Below are positions 24,747 through 33,985 of a stretch of 44,329 nucleotides of DNA, piece after piece. Each line of letters starts with the position of its first letter. Within the stretch, counting starts at the first letter, position 1. Source of the DNA: Gemmatimonadales bacterium (GTDB lineage: Bacteria > Gemmatimonadota > Gemmatimonadetes > Gemmatimonadales > GWC2-71-9); contig DASSHL010000441.1 of NCBI GenBank assembly GCA_035692845.1, positions 1-44,329 on the forward strand, written 5' to 3'. The notes under the pieces are model-generated. The model was not told the DNA's origin. It ran no database searches and saw nothing but the letters and a program-made list of their open reading frames with translations. Both the position numbers and the translations under genes were made by a program.

Positions 24747-27700
24747 TTACGCCGGTCCGAGCGTCGTAACGGTGCCAGAGGAACCCCGGTACTTGAGGGC
24801 GCCGCTATCGACGTACAGGATGCCACCGCCCGTGGGGTTGGTGGTGGGGAGAGTGGTGGCGTTGGCGATGAAAACGACCTTGACGCCCCCGCCTGCGGAG
24901 GCCGCGCCGAAGAACGCGAGGTTCCCAGCCGCCAGAAGGCGGATGTCGGCTGAGCCGCCCGAGGCGAGGTCGATGCGGCCCGCGTTGGCGTGGGAAGTGC
25001 CGTAGAGGTCGAGGTAAGCGTCGGTGCCGAGCGTGTTGCCAGTGGTGAACCGAATGGACTTAGTAGGCGCACCGAGAGTCCCCGTAGCATAAACCTCAAG
25101 GCCGGTGGCAACGCCGATTCCCGGAATGATGCTCGCCGTCGAAACGAGCGCGCCCCACTGCACCCCGGATGCACTGTAGCCTGTGCTATCAACCAGAATG
25201 TAGCTGCCAACGTTCAGTGGTGAGGCGAAGGAGAAACTCCCACTGAACGTCCCCGCCGCCACATCGGCCGCCCCAATCGTTCCCCACGCCGGGGCCGCGC
25301 TGACCGCGCCCGTGCCGGTCTGGGTGAGGAACTTCTTCGTGCTGGTGGTATTCCCCGCCAGCTTGCTCAGGGTGTTCGCGGCGGAGGCGTAGAGGAGATC
25401 CCCGAGTGTCCACGAGGACTGCGCGGTCCCGCCGAGGGTCGCGGCGAGGGTGCCTGTGGCGTTAGTCAGGTCGAGGTAGTACGACCCGTGCTGGCCGTCG
25501 AGGAGGTCGGCGTTCAGGTTCGTGTTGACCGTGGTGCTGGTGACGGCGAACGGGGAAGTGCCCGTGGTCAACGTACTGGTGATTTGAGCCACCGCCGTGA
25601 CCGGACCGCCGAGTCGCACTGTGCCGAGCCCCGTATACAGGGAGTAGTTCGTGCCCGACCCCGTCTGGTCGAAGATGCGGAGGCCGTAAGACGCACCGGA
25701 GGCTCCCGACACGTTCCCCACGTAGATGCCGTAGGCGTTGGTGCTTCCTGTCCACGTCTGGGTGTTGATATGGATGCCGTAACCAGTCGTCACCGTCGAG
25801 GCTGCACCGATAACCGGAGTTTCGATGCGTACCCCGTAGCCAGCGGCCATCGTGAACGCTGCCGCGGCAGACCGGAAACGGAAGTACCCGGCGAACGCTT
25901 GATTCGTTGCCGTGCTCGGGAAGATAGAGTCCGACCGGATGCCGAAGAGGATGGTGGCAGTGGTGTAGGTGTAGCCGGTGCCAACCTGCAAGGCCGTGTC
26001 AACAGACGTATCGTTCGTGCCGATGTAGAGACCGCTGGTGATTCCAGTACGACCAGTCACGCGGAGCGTGCTCGGGAACGTGTACGCCCCCGCGCCGAAC
26101 GTCCCCGCCGTGACGAGGCTCGCGGGCACCGCGCCCGAGGCGAGTGTCCCGACCCCGGTGATGCCGGAGTAGGCACCACTCACCTGTGCGGTGTCGATGG
26201 TGCCAGAGAGGAGGCTAAAGCTGTAGTCCCCGCTCGTCGCTACGACCGCACCCGTCCGTCCGAACACCGAGGAGACGCCCGTGACCAACGCCCCCGTCGC
26301 CGCCTGCACGAAGGCCGTGGTGGCGAGCTGGGTGGTGTTCGTTCCCGGCGCCGCCGTGGGGGCGGCAGGCGTCCCCGTGAAGGTCGGGGAGGCCAGCAGG
26401 GCGTAGGAGGCCGCTGCCGTTCCGCCGAGCTTGTCGCTGTTGTCGGCGTGGAGGTTCGTGACCAACGTGGTCGAGGCCACGGTCAGCGGGGCCGTGCCAG
26501 TGGCGACCGTCGAGATCAGTTGCGTACCCTGGACCGTCGAGGAGGCGGCCAGCGTCCCGGTGACGTTGCCGTTCCCGGTGATGGTCCAGGCCCCACTTGA
26601 GCGGGTGACGGTGAGCCAGTTGCCCAGTAGCGCCCCACCATCCGAGTACCGCCAGAGGGCGAGGTCACTGCCCGCATTCGCGCCCGCATCCGTGTTGAGA
26701 AGCCCCTGCCCCCACCGCAACGTCCCGCCCGTCGAGCGGAAGTAGGCGTGGACGATCCCGCCCGCCCCGGTTCCCGCGTCAATGCGAACGTCCGTCGCCA
26801 CCCGCACCGACCGCCACCGCCGCAACGTGCCTCCGGTGGAGGCATCCGCCCCGAGGTCATACGTGTTGTCCGTCTGCGGCACCGTATGCCCTTCCGCGAG
26901 AATGCGGAGAGATTCGGCGGCGCGGTTCGTCCCGGACGAGGCCCGCTTGGTCGCAAAGACCAGGTCGGCTGATCCTTGCGTCCCGTAGGACGTGTAGGTC
27001 TCGCGGGCCTGAGCGTAGATCCCGGCATTGACAAGCACGTTGGCCGAATCGCCATACCCGCCGGAGAAGGAGAACTCGCCCAGCAGGTAGTCCGCCACGA
27101 CAGCGCCCCCACTCGCGGAACGACGGACGAAGTGCATCCCCGGACCGTCGAGCGCGACGACCGAACTGGTCCGGTATTCCACGACCTGCCGCCCGTAGCC
27201 GCGCACGGTGATGGGCGTCGTGGCGGAGATCGACGCGAGTGGGTCGGAAGTCTGGAGCGAAGCGAGGCCGCCAGCGTAGACCGCGCCCTGGAAGTACCCC
27301 GCACCCCACGGCAACGTTGCCGCGCCTACGTCGTAGGTGTTCGCAGCCTGCGGCACCAAAGCGGAGACGAAGCGCCCCGTCGCCGTGATGGTGTCGCTAG
27401 TGGCGTCACCCAGCACGACACTGCCGTTCGCCGTTAGCACCCCGCCCACGGTCAACGCACCACTTAGGATTCCCGTGACCCCGGAAAAGAGCGGGCTGAT
27501 GACGCTGGTAGCCGCATAGACCGTACGCGGACGCTTGTCGCTCGTCCCGGTGCCGTCGACATACCGCCCGACGTCGATGGTATTGTCCGGGTCGAAGACC
27601 AGCGGGTTGATGATCGTGCCTTCGCTGGACGACACCGTCTGCCCGACGACCTGGCGCAGGATACGCTCGACGGCCTGGCGGTACTGTGCCTCGTTCTCCC

Positions 27701-27767
27701 GGTCGTACTTCGGCGTGGGATTCGGGAAGCGCGGGGTGATGAGCCCGAGCGGCCGGATGCTGGTCAC
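24747..27767 (-). CDS. tail fibre (1006 aa)
   Basis: GTGA overlap. Repeated fibre motifs include NTYDVGAATLPWGAGYF and DNTYDLGADA...RRWRSV, followed by NADLLDGQHGSYYL. The composition is Gly/Thr/Ser-rich and beta-type. Confidence 0.8.
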   Translation of the reverse strand: MTSIRPLGLITPRFPNPTPKYDRENEAQYRQAVERILRQVVGQTVSSSEGTIINPLVFDPDNTIDVGRYVDGTGTSDKRPRTVYAATSVISPLFSGVTGILSGALTVGGVLTANGSVVLGDATSDTITATGRFVSALVPQAANTYDVGAATLPWGAGYFQGAVYAGGLASLQTSDPLASISATTPITVRGYGRQVVEYRTSSVVALDGPGMHFVRRSASGGAVVADYLLGEFSFSGGYGDSANVLVNAGIYAQARETYTSYGTQGSADLVFATKRASSGTNRAAESLRILAEGHTVPQTDNTYDLGADASTGGTLRRWRSVRVATDVRIDAGTGAGGIVHAYFRSTGGTLRWGQGLLNTDAGANAGSDLALWRYSDGGALLGNWLTVTRSSGAWTITGNGNVTGTLAASSTVQGTQLISTVATGTAPLTVASTTLVTNLHADNSDKLGGTAAASYALLASPTFTGTPAAPTAAPGTNTTQLATTAFVQAATGALVTGVSSVFGRTGAVVATSGDYSFSLLSGTIDTAQVSGAYSGITGVGTLASGAVPASLVTAGTFGAGAYTFPSTLRVTGRTGITSGLYIGTNDTSVDTALQVGTGYTYTTATILFGIRSDSIFPSTATNQAFAGYFRFRSAAAAFTMAAGYGVRIETPVIGAASTVTTGYGIHINTQTWTGSTNAYGIYVGNVSGASGASYGLRIFDQTGSGTNYSLYTGLGTVRLGGPVTAVAQITSTLTTGTSPFAVTSTTVNTNLNADLLDGQHGSYYLDLTNATGTLAATLGGTAQSSWTLGDLLYASAANTLSKLAGNTTSTKKFLTQTGTGAVSAAPAWGTIGAADVAAGTFSGSFSFASPLNVGSYILVDSTGYSASGVQWGALVSTASIIPGIGVATGLEVYATGTLGAPTKSIRFTTGNTLGTDAYLDLYGTSHANAGRIDLASGGSADIRLLAAGNLAFFGAASAGGGVKVVFIANATTLPTTNPTGGGILYVDSGALKYRGSSGTVTTLGPA

Positions 27768-29287
27768 CGCGGACTCCCTCGGGCGCCTGCCGGCTTCCCG
27801 TCCAGGCGAATCACGCCCACACGCCAGTCCTCCTCGACGATCTGGTCGAGCCGCAGGCGCACCCAACGCGCCGTCATGCGGGCGTCCGTGTTCTTGCCGA
27901 CCGTGAACGGTCCGTAGAGCGTCTCATCCGCCATCGGCTCAAAGGAACCGTACAGGCTGAGCTGCACCTGGCCCAGCGTGCGTTCATCCGGAAGGATTCG
28001 GCTGATGTAGAGCACCTGATCCCCCTCCCCGGCCTCCACCGGCCCGCTCTCGAGATACGGCGTCAGCGTGCCTCCGCTCAGGTCCGTGTGGACGAACGTC
28101 CGTTCGTGCTCCCAGAGCTTTCCGTTCGACGAGGCCAGGAGCGGATAGCCGATGGCCCCGGAATCGCATCCCGCCGTCCGCGGCAGTGTGCCCGTCATCC
28201 AATGGTTCTCCCGGTAGTTCCAGACGACGTACTTGTCGTTCTCCGTCGAACCTGCCGAGGGATAGAACCACCAGATCTCCCCGAACCGCGAGATCGTGAG
28301 CGACGTCACCTTCCCGCTCTGGTTGGTGTTGAGGTCGGAGAAGACCGCATCAGACACGTCGCACGGGATCGCCTGGACGTAACCGTCGTACAGGAAGAAC
28401 TTCCCCTTGCTCATCCAGACGGCCTTGTCGTCGACCATCGCCACCGCCCCGGGAGAGATCAACCCACACTTGCCGCCAATCCGCTCCGCGGCATAGACCA
28501 GCGTTCCGCCGATGTATCGCAGGGCGTGGACATCGTCCGTCGTCCAGAGGAGCGTCTCGCCCTTCGCCCGACGACCGGCCACGAGAATCCCTACCCCTTC
28601 CAGGTCGAGACTGCCAGCCGTGTTGCTGATGTCCGGCGTCCACGTATCCGTCGTCTCCTGCGAGGCCCACTGGATGTGCCGGCTGACGTTGCCCGCCCCC
28701 AAGGCCACCACGAACCGCTCCGGCGTCACGACCACGCCAAGGCACTGCGTTGGCGAGCCCGTCGCCTGCACCGCAATGTCGCTCACGCTGCGGTCCCAGA
28801 CGTAGATCTTCCCGTCGTTCGGTGCGCTGCAGGCGACGAGGTATTCCCCGAAGGTATCAAGGTGGAAGACCGCGGGAGGTGCGAAGGTCGTCTGCGCCGG
28901 ATCCGACACCCCGTACGGGCCGGCGCCGTATGCACCGTCCCCGTAACCGCCAGTGACATATTCCGCATCCGCCGACCCCGCCGTGAACCCTGTCGGCGTG
29001 ATGTCGTAGAGCGTCCCGCCAAGGTGAGCATAGAGCTTCGTGTTCGTGCCGACGGCGACCGTCTGGTTACCGTCGGACCCGCGCCAGCCGATGATGGCCC
29101 GGGGGACGCCGTTCAGCGTGATCGTCGGATCGACCTGCGCGGCCGCGGTGAACTCCTGCCAGCCGCCCACCGGACGAATCGTGTTCTCGGAGAAGCGCAC
29201 CAGGTTGGCCCGCGCCCAGCGATTCTTCGCCTGGTACAGGGTGCCGTTCTGGAACAGGCCCGGCGCGAGCTTCAGGGGAACGAGCAT
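27764..29287 (-). CDS. tail/nozzle-associated beta-propeller-like protein (507 aa)
   Basis: Repeated beta-strand/Trp-Gly blocks, directly upstream of the fibre gene. Confidence 0.55.
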   Translation of the reverse strand: MLVPLKLAPGLFQNGTLYQAKNRWARANLVRFSENTIRPVGGWQEFTAAAQVDPTITLNGVPRAIIGWRGSDGNQTVAVGTNTKLYAHLGGTLYDITPTGFTAGSADAEYVTGGYGDGAYGAGPYGVSDPAQTTFAPPAVFHLDTFGEYLVACSAPNDGKIYVWDRSVSDIAVQATGSPTQCLGVVVTPERFVVALGAGNVSRHIQWASQETTDTWTPDISNTAGSLDLEGVGILVAGRRAKGETLLWTTDDVHALRYIGGTLVYAAERIGGKCGLISPGAVAMVDDKAVWMSKGKFFLYDGYVQAIPCDVSDAVFSDLNTNQSGKVTSLTISRFGEIWWFYPSAGSTENDKYVVWNYRENHWMTGTLPRTAGCDSGAIGYPLLASSNGKLWEHERTFVHTDLSGGTLTPYLESGPVEAGEGDQVLYISRILPDERTLGQVQLSLYGSFEPMADETLYGPFTVGKNTDARMTARWVRLRLDQIVEEDWRVGVIRLDGKPAGARGSPR

Positions 29288-29757
29288 CAGCCCTCTTCGA
29301 TCCAGCGCGCGCCAACGTTACGCCGATGCACCAGGGCCTCGAGCTTGACCACCGTGCCGTCCGGGAGGTGACCGTGGCAGTAGTTACGAAAGCGCGCGGC
29401 GGCATCCTTCCAGTCTTCCGCACGCAACGCCTTGACGACGCCCGCATCATCCGATGGATCGTGGATGTCCTTTCCCTCGAGCGATCGCGAACCCCCGTTG
29501 AACACGAGGTCCGTCAGGGCGTCCAGCCGGCGGGGATATTTCGTCAGGTTCGGCGCGAGGGCGATCGCCTTCTTCTCCGCCGCGCGCACATCTTCCAGGA
29601 AGAGACGATCAGCCTCTTCCTGCGTGATTGGTGGATGGTCAAGCGACGGGATGCGGTGCCCGCGTCCGATTGTCGGCAGACCGAGCTGATCGAGATAGGG
29701 CTCGAGCCTGCAGCCCTCCCAGACGTGCTGCGCTTCAAGCAGCCGGGACGTCGGCAC
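29287..29757 (-). CDS. GH24 (T4/lambda-type) lysozyme
   Basis: WEGCRLEPYLDQLGLPTIGRGH with the catalytic Glu context, plus LTDLVFNGG. A GTG start is chosen downstream of the holin-like gene body. Confidence 0.8.
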   Translation of the reverse strand: MPTSRLLEAQHVWEGCRLEPYLDQLGLPTIGRGHRIPSLDHPPITQEEADRLFLEDVRAAEKKAIALAPNLTKYPRRLDALTDLVFNGGSRSLEGKDIHDPSDDAGVVKALRAEDWKDAAARFRNYCHGHLPDGTVVKLEALVHRRNVGARWIEEG

Positions 29758-30106
29758 GAGGATCTTCCTTCCGGCGGAACACGGTGGCAGCCAGCTTGTT
29801 GAGCGAGCCGTGCTGGGAGACCACGCCGGCGATGAAGAGGCAGATGAGCGCCCCCCACTCGGAAATGCGGCCAGAATAGAGACCAGCCCCAGCGAACAGC
29901 AGCACCGCAAACGCGATCGTCTGAGCATTCGTCTGGTCCCTTCCGACGAGCAGCTTCATGTGACCTCGCATCTCCGCTACGGACTCTTTGATGTCGTGCA
30001 CGTCCTGTCCCAGGGTGGTGACCTTCGCCTCGAGTGAGTCCATGCGGGTCTCCATCCCCTCCATCTGTGCCTCCAGGCGGCCTAACGAGCGTTCATCCTC
30101 CGTCAT
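29735..30106 (-). CDS. holin-like membrane protein with an N-terminal coiled coil (123 aa)
   Basis: Two C-terminal hydrophobic helices (TIAFAVLLFAGAGLY and WGALICLFIAGVV), immediately upstream of the lysozyme. Confidence 0.5.
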   Translation of the reverse strand: MTEDERSLGRLEAQMEGMETRMDSLEAKVTTLGQDVHDIKESVAEMRGHMKLLVGRDQTNAQTIAFAVLLFAGAGLYSGRISEWGALICLFIAGVVSQHGSLNKLAATVFRRKEDPRADVPAA

Positions 30107-30687
30107 CAGGACCCCAGGACGTACAGCGGAATGGCGAGGTAGTACGTACCGTTCGATGAATAGCTGTAGTCGGCGGCGAGCGCCGACAGCGTGCCGGATT
30201 TGACGAGCGCCAGTGGCGAAGCGATGAATCCCGTCGATCCTGACGCCAACTGCACACGAATCCCAGGAGAACCTGGCGTCCCTGTCGCCACCGCAACCAC
30301 GTACAGCCAGATCAGTTTGCCGTCGCCTACAGGGCGGTTGGAGAAAGTCAGCGTGAGCGCCGACACAACGGATGAGGAGACAGCGAGTGTCGCCACGTAC
30401 ACCGGACCTCCCGTCGACAGATCGACCGTGGCCGCGTAGTTCGGCGAGCTCCCCGTGATGGTGAGCGCCGTCCCCGCCGGCGGAGCCAGGCTCCCGGCCA
30501 GGGCGCTGTCCGCCGTCGTCTGCGCGGCGTCGGCAGCCGTCTGTGCGGCGGCCGCGGCGTCGCTGTTCGCCTTCATCGTCGTGTCGATCGTATCCAGATC
30601 GGTGTTCAACTTCGTGCCCCACGATCCGGACGAACCGCCCGGCTCAGGCTTGGTCAGGGCGTAGTTGGTGGTGGTTGAGTCAGCCAT
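30106..30687 (-). CDS. fibre-like structural protein (193 aa)
   Basis: The N-terminus [29 protein letters not shown] is the common tail-fibre N-terminal motif. GGGGAG Shine-Dalgarno upstream. Confidence 0.55.
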   Translation of the reverse strand: MADSTTTNYALTKPEPGGSSGSWGTKLNTDLDTIDTTMKANSDAAAAAQTAADAAQTTADSALAGSLAPPAGTALTITGSSPNYAATVDLSTGGPVYVATLAVSSSVVSALTLTFSNRPVGDGKLIWLYVVAVATGTPGSPGIRVQLASGSTGFIASPLALVKSGTLSALAADYSYSSNGTYYLAIPLYVLGS

Positions 30688-30690
30688 AGG

Positions 30691-31326
30691 TCAGCTCCCC
30701 AGTGCGCTCTTCGGGCGAACAACCGGGGTATTGACCCCGAACTCGGCGCGATCGCGCGCCACGCGGACCTGATCGACCGCCTTCGTGTAGAACTTCTCCC
30801 ACGTCGGAATGCGGTCGTCGTCCCGGAGGTACGGCGCGCTATGCAGCGCGGCGCCGTAGAAGTAGATGTCCGGGTGGTTGGTGAGCACCCAGTTCGTCGT
30901 GTTGGTGTCGGACAGCGGCGCCACCGTCGCGTCGTACACCAGGACGCCGGTGTAGGCGGTGTCTGAATCCGGCAGCGGGGCGACCAGCAGATTCGAGCCG
31001 TTCACCGCCGCGTACAGCGGCTGGCCGTTGACCAACTGCCCGCGCTTGGTCTGCAGACGCTCGTAGGTGGTGATCTCGATCGGTCCCTTGAACGCATCTG
31101 TCTCGAGCGTCAGGCTGACCGGCGAGCGATAGTCCGCCGGCAGGGCGACCGCGCCTGAAGTGTCGAAAGTCAGGGCAACCGTCGTCCGCATATCCCGGCC
31201 CTGCAGGATGCGCTGAATCTCCGCCTCAACGAGATCGATCCAGGAGGGCACCTTCGACGCCAGGTCTCCCCGATCCAGAAGGTCCGTGATCTCGGTCTGT
31301 AGGTGCGCGTAGGTATCAAAGGCCAC
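30691..31326 (-). CDS. head-tail adaptor candidate (211 aa)
   Basis: GTG with a GGAGG Shine-Dalgarno. The N-terminal pattern is Y..LQTEITDLLDRGDL...VPSWIDLVEAEIQRIL. Confidence 0.5.
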   Translation of the reverse strand: MAFDTYAHLQTEITDLLDRGDLASKVPSWIDLVEAEIQRILQGRDMRTTVALTFDTSGAVALPADYRSPVSLTLETDAFKGPIEITTYERLQTKRGQLVNGQPLYAAVNGSNLLVAPLPDSDTAYTGVLVYDATVAPLSDTNTTNWVLTNHPDIYFYGAALHSAPYLRDDDRIPTWEKFYTKAVDQVRVARDRAEFGVNTPVVRPKSALGS

Positions 31327-32065
31327 GGGCTACCTCCTCTGGCGTCAGGATCATCCGCTTCGTCTCGGCCTCGAAATCCCGGAGCGCCTCGACATGCGCG
31401 TGAGTGAAGACCAGGCGCCCGGCGTGTCCGACGTACTTCGAGAGATCGTGGTCGACCCAAATCTTGAAGCCCGCCTCGCGCGCCGCGAGACAAAACGTCA
31501 CATCCTCCCCCATCCACTGCTTGCCCGTCCCGTCATGTTCGGTGTGGAAGATCGGCTGCGGCATCGACGCCACCATCGACGTCCGCATCAGCACACAGCC
31601 GAAACCCGTCGCCTCGACCTCTTCCAGCCCTTCGGACTCCGGTCCGGTGAAGCACCGCTCCGGCGCGTCACCGGTCTCCCGGTTCGTCTTCTTGTAGCTG
31701 ACCGGCTGGTAAGGCGGCCGGCGCGTCGAGTAGTTCGCGGCCACGAAGTCCACGTTGCGCTTCAGGAGCGAGTGGACGATGTGGTCCGGGAAGACCATAT
31801 CCGTGTCGAGCCAGAGAATGTGCGTGGCGCCCCACTCCACGGCTTCCCAGAAAAGCTTCCGGCGGGAGAAGTCGACGAGCGAGCCGTTCACCGACAAGAA
31901 CGTGATGTCCGCGATGCCCTCCGCGACCAGAGTGGCCCCCAAGACCGAGCTCAGGCGCGCCAGGCAGAACGCGAACTCCGCGTCCACCTCATCCCGGCAC
32001 GGCGAGCAAATTGCCAGCCGGATCGGGGGAGACGGCAGGGCGTTGACCTTCGGCGCGCCGCTCAC
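31316..32065 (-). CDS. GT2-family glycosyltransferase (249 aa)
   Basis: LAICSPCRDEV...HILWLDTDMVFP (DxD) ...GFGCVLMR...GEDVTFC. GTGA overlap upstream. Confidence 0.65.
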   Translation of the reverse strand: MSGAPKVNALPSPPIRLAICSPCRDEVDAEFAFCLARLSSVLGATLVAEGIADITFLSVNGSLVDFSRRKLFWEAVEWGATHILWLDTDMVFPDHIVHSLLKRNVDFVAANYSTRRPPYQPVSYKKTNRETGDAPERCFTGPESEGLEEVEATGFGCVLMRTSMVASMPQPIFHTEHDGTGKQWMGEDVTFCLAAREAGFKIWVDHDLSKYVGHAGRLVFTHAHVEALRDFEAETKRMILTPEEVARGL

Positions 32066-32385
32066 ACCCGTCCCGGGCGCGTCCGGAAGACCTGATTCTC
32101 CGCCTGATTCAGCCACTTTTTGATCTCCTTTTTGTCGCGGATCTTGCCCGTTTTCACGAGCTGTTCGTGGTACACGGAGAGCGGCACGGAGGCCACCCGG
32201 ATCTGTCCGTCGCCCCATTTCCCACCGCCGGCGCCACGATGCAGCTTCCGCATGTCATTGGCGTGCTCGAGCACCGGCTCGATGTCCTGTTCTGTCTTGA
32301 TGTGGAAATCGCCGGTGAGCTCGTCATAGAAGAACGTCTCCCGCTTCCCGGTGACCGGATCAAAGCCGAACGGGCGTTCAATCAT
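32062..32385 (-). CDS. conserved hypothetical protein (107 aa)
   Basis: ATGA overlap; ends in KKEIKKWLNQAENQVFRT. Confidence 0.5.
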   Translation of the reverse strand: MIERPFGFDPVTGKRETFFYDELTGDFHIKTEQDIEPVLEHANDMRKLHRGAGGGKWGDGQIRVASVPLSVYHEQLVKTGKIRDKKEIKKWLNQAENQVFRTRPGRV

Positions 32386-32996
32386 CGGATTTTCCACCCC
32401 ACGAGGACCGCCGCACCGGTCTGGACGCCGCTCGGACCGCCCGCCGCGCCGAAACCCGCGTAAATGCTCGGCCGGAGGCGCTCCCACAGGGAGATCCGCA
32501 CCGGGGCGGTGCGAATGAGGCCCTTCGCCTCCCGCAATTCCCGGCTCATCTCGGTCGTATCCTCCTCCAGGCGCAGTCGCAGGGACCGCTCCCCGCGCAC
32601 CTGGCCGATCAGGTCGACGATCGTCGAGTCCTTCCGCACCAACTGCTCGCCCTGGGCCTGAATCACGCTATCCCGCGCCCGCACGGCGGGCTGGCAGGTG
32701 TCCGGCAGGGTCGTACTGGATGGAAGCGCGGCGATGCGACTCGCGAGCACCAGCGCCGTCGCCGAATCCCGGCGTTCACGCTCTGCTACGCGCGCTTCTC
32801 GAACCGCCAGGTCGTGCTTCTGCACGGCGTCGGCGGAGTCCTGCCGGACGCGCGCCAGGGAGTCGGCGGTGACCGCCGCCTCCCAAGCCGCGACCTGCGT
32901 GTACCACCGGACGGTGCGCTGGGGGATGCCCTGGGCAAAGGATCCCAGGACCAAAAGACCCAGCGCGCCGCCGACGATCCACGTCTTATTCGTCAT
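32382..32996 (-). CDS. membrane-anchored coiled-coil protein (204 aa)
   Basis: ATGA overlap with the capsid gene stop. It has an N-terminal hydrophobic helix (WIVGGALGLLVLGSFAQG), a long Arg/Glu coiled coil, and a Gly-rich hydrophobic C-terminus. Confidence 0.55.
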   Translation of the reverse strand: MTNKTWIVGGALGLLVLGSFAQGIPQRTVRWYTQVAAWEAAVTADSLARVRQDSADAVQKHDLAVREARVAERERRDSATALVLASRIAALPSSTTLPDTCQPAVRARDSVIQAQGEQLVRKDSTIVDLIGQVRGERSLRLRLEEDTTEMSRELREAKGLIRTAPVRISLWERLRPSIYAGFGAAGGPSGVQTGAAVLVGWKIR

Positions 32997-33970
32997 CAGG
33001 TGGTGACGAGGTCGAACACGCCGCCGATCGCGGCCTCGTTCTTGACCTTGAGCGACCACTCGACGAGCAGGAGGCGCTTCTCGGCGTCCCCGGTCTTCGC
33101 GAGCTTCTCGGTCATGTACTTCCGGAGGAACATGATGTCGACGTAGTTGAAGTCGAACACGAAGGCATCACGCTCGCGCTGGAAGCGGTTCGGGACGATC
33201 GTCAGGGTGTCGAACTCGCCGACGTAGAAGTCGGCCGCCCCGATGATCGCCGCGGCCTTCACCGCGGTCTGCTGGATCGTCTTGGTGGCGATCCCGTCGA
33301 ACCCGGACACGCGCGCCTTGTTGACCGCCCCCACCATCAGGGTCGTCGGCTCGGCGCCGCTCGAGTAGCACTGCTGCAGCACACTCTGCAGCATCGGCTC
33401 AGTGAAGGTTACGAGGGTCCCGTCATCCACCCGCGCGTCGGTCGGCACGCCCGACGTGTAGGTCGGGTCCGCCCCCACCGAGGCGGTATTGAAGACCGTG
33501 TTGGTCTTGATGAACGCCAGGAGCCCGGCGAGGGTCGCCGCGGTGCTGGTGTCGCCCGCCGACCCGCCCTGGGGCGAGAAGACGATCGCTTCCTGGTCGC
33601 GCTTGAGCTCCTTCGCCCGCTTCGCGACCTGGTACGCCATCTCGTCCTTGCGGCCGGCCTTCTTGACGGCCTCGACGGTCCCGGCGACGATGGCGAGCTT
33701 CGCGCTGATCTGCGAGTAGTTGCCGAGCCGCGTGGTGGCCGTGGTGGACGGGAACGAGGTGTAGTCGTTGCCCTGGATCTGCGCGTTCGCGGTGTCGACC
33801 GACGCAAGGCTGTCGATCTGCCACTCGGTCAGGGTCGCCTCCATCGAGCTCCGGCCGGCGTTCGACATGAACGGCGTGTCGGTCGGCGAGATGTTGTAGA
33901 TGACGTCCGTGAGGTTCTCCCGCAGGCCCTTGCGGTCGAACGTCTGGACGGTGTTGGTGATGATGGCCAT
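32996..33970 (-). CDS. major capsid protein (DUF5309 / SU10-type, HK97 fold)
   Basis: TFDRKGLRENLTDVIYNISPTDTPFMSN...ATLTEWQIDSL. It is 324 aa and follows an acidic scaffold gene. Confidence 0.8.
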   Translation of the reverse strand: MAIITNTVQTFDRKGLRENLTDVIYNISPTDTPFMSNAGRSSMEATLTEWQIDSLASVDTANAQIQGNDYTSFPSTTATTRLGNYSQISAKLAIVAGTVEAVKKAGRKDEMAYQVAKRAKELKRDQEAIVFSPQGGSAGDTSTAATLAGLLAFIKTNTVFNTASVGADPTYTSGVPTDARVDDGTLVTFTEPMLQSVLQQCYSSGAEPTTLMVGAVNKARVSGFDGIATKTIQQTAVKAAAIIGAADFYVGEFDTLTIVPNRFQRERDAFVFDFNYVDIMFLRKYMTEKLAKTGDAEKRLLLVEWSLKVKNEAAIGGVFDLVTT

Positions 33971-33985
33971 GTGAGTCTCTTTCGG

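Noticed and set aside
24747-27767. A diversity-generating retroelement target in the fibre C-terminus, considered because of the SU10/BPP-like capsid context.
   Set aside because: There is no reverse transcriptase gene in the window, and I noticed no template-repeat/variable-repeat pair.
32382-32996. An Rz/Rz1-type spanin pair with an embedded lipoprotein.
   Set aside because: The other frames inside this gene show no lipobox-containing ORF, and the gene is 2.3 kb from the lysozyme. It is kept only as a membrane coiled-coil protein.
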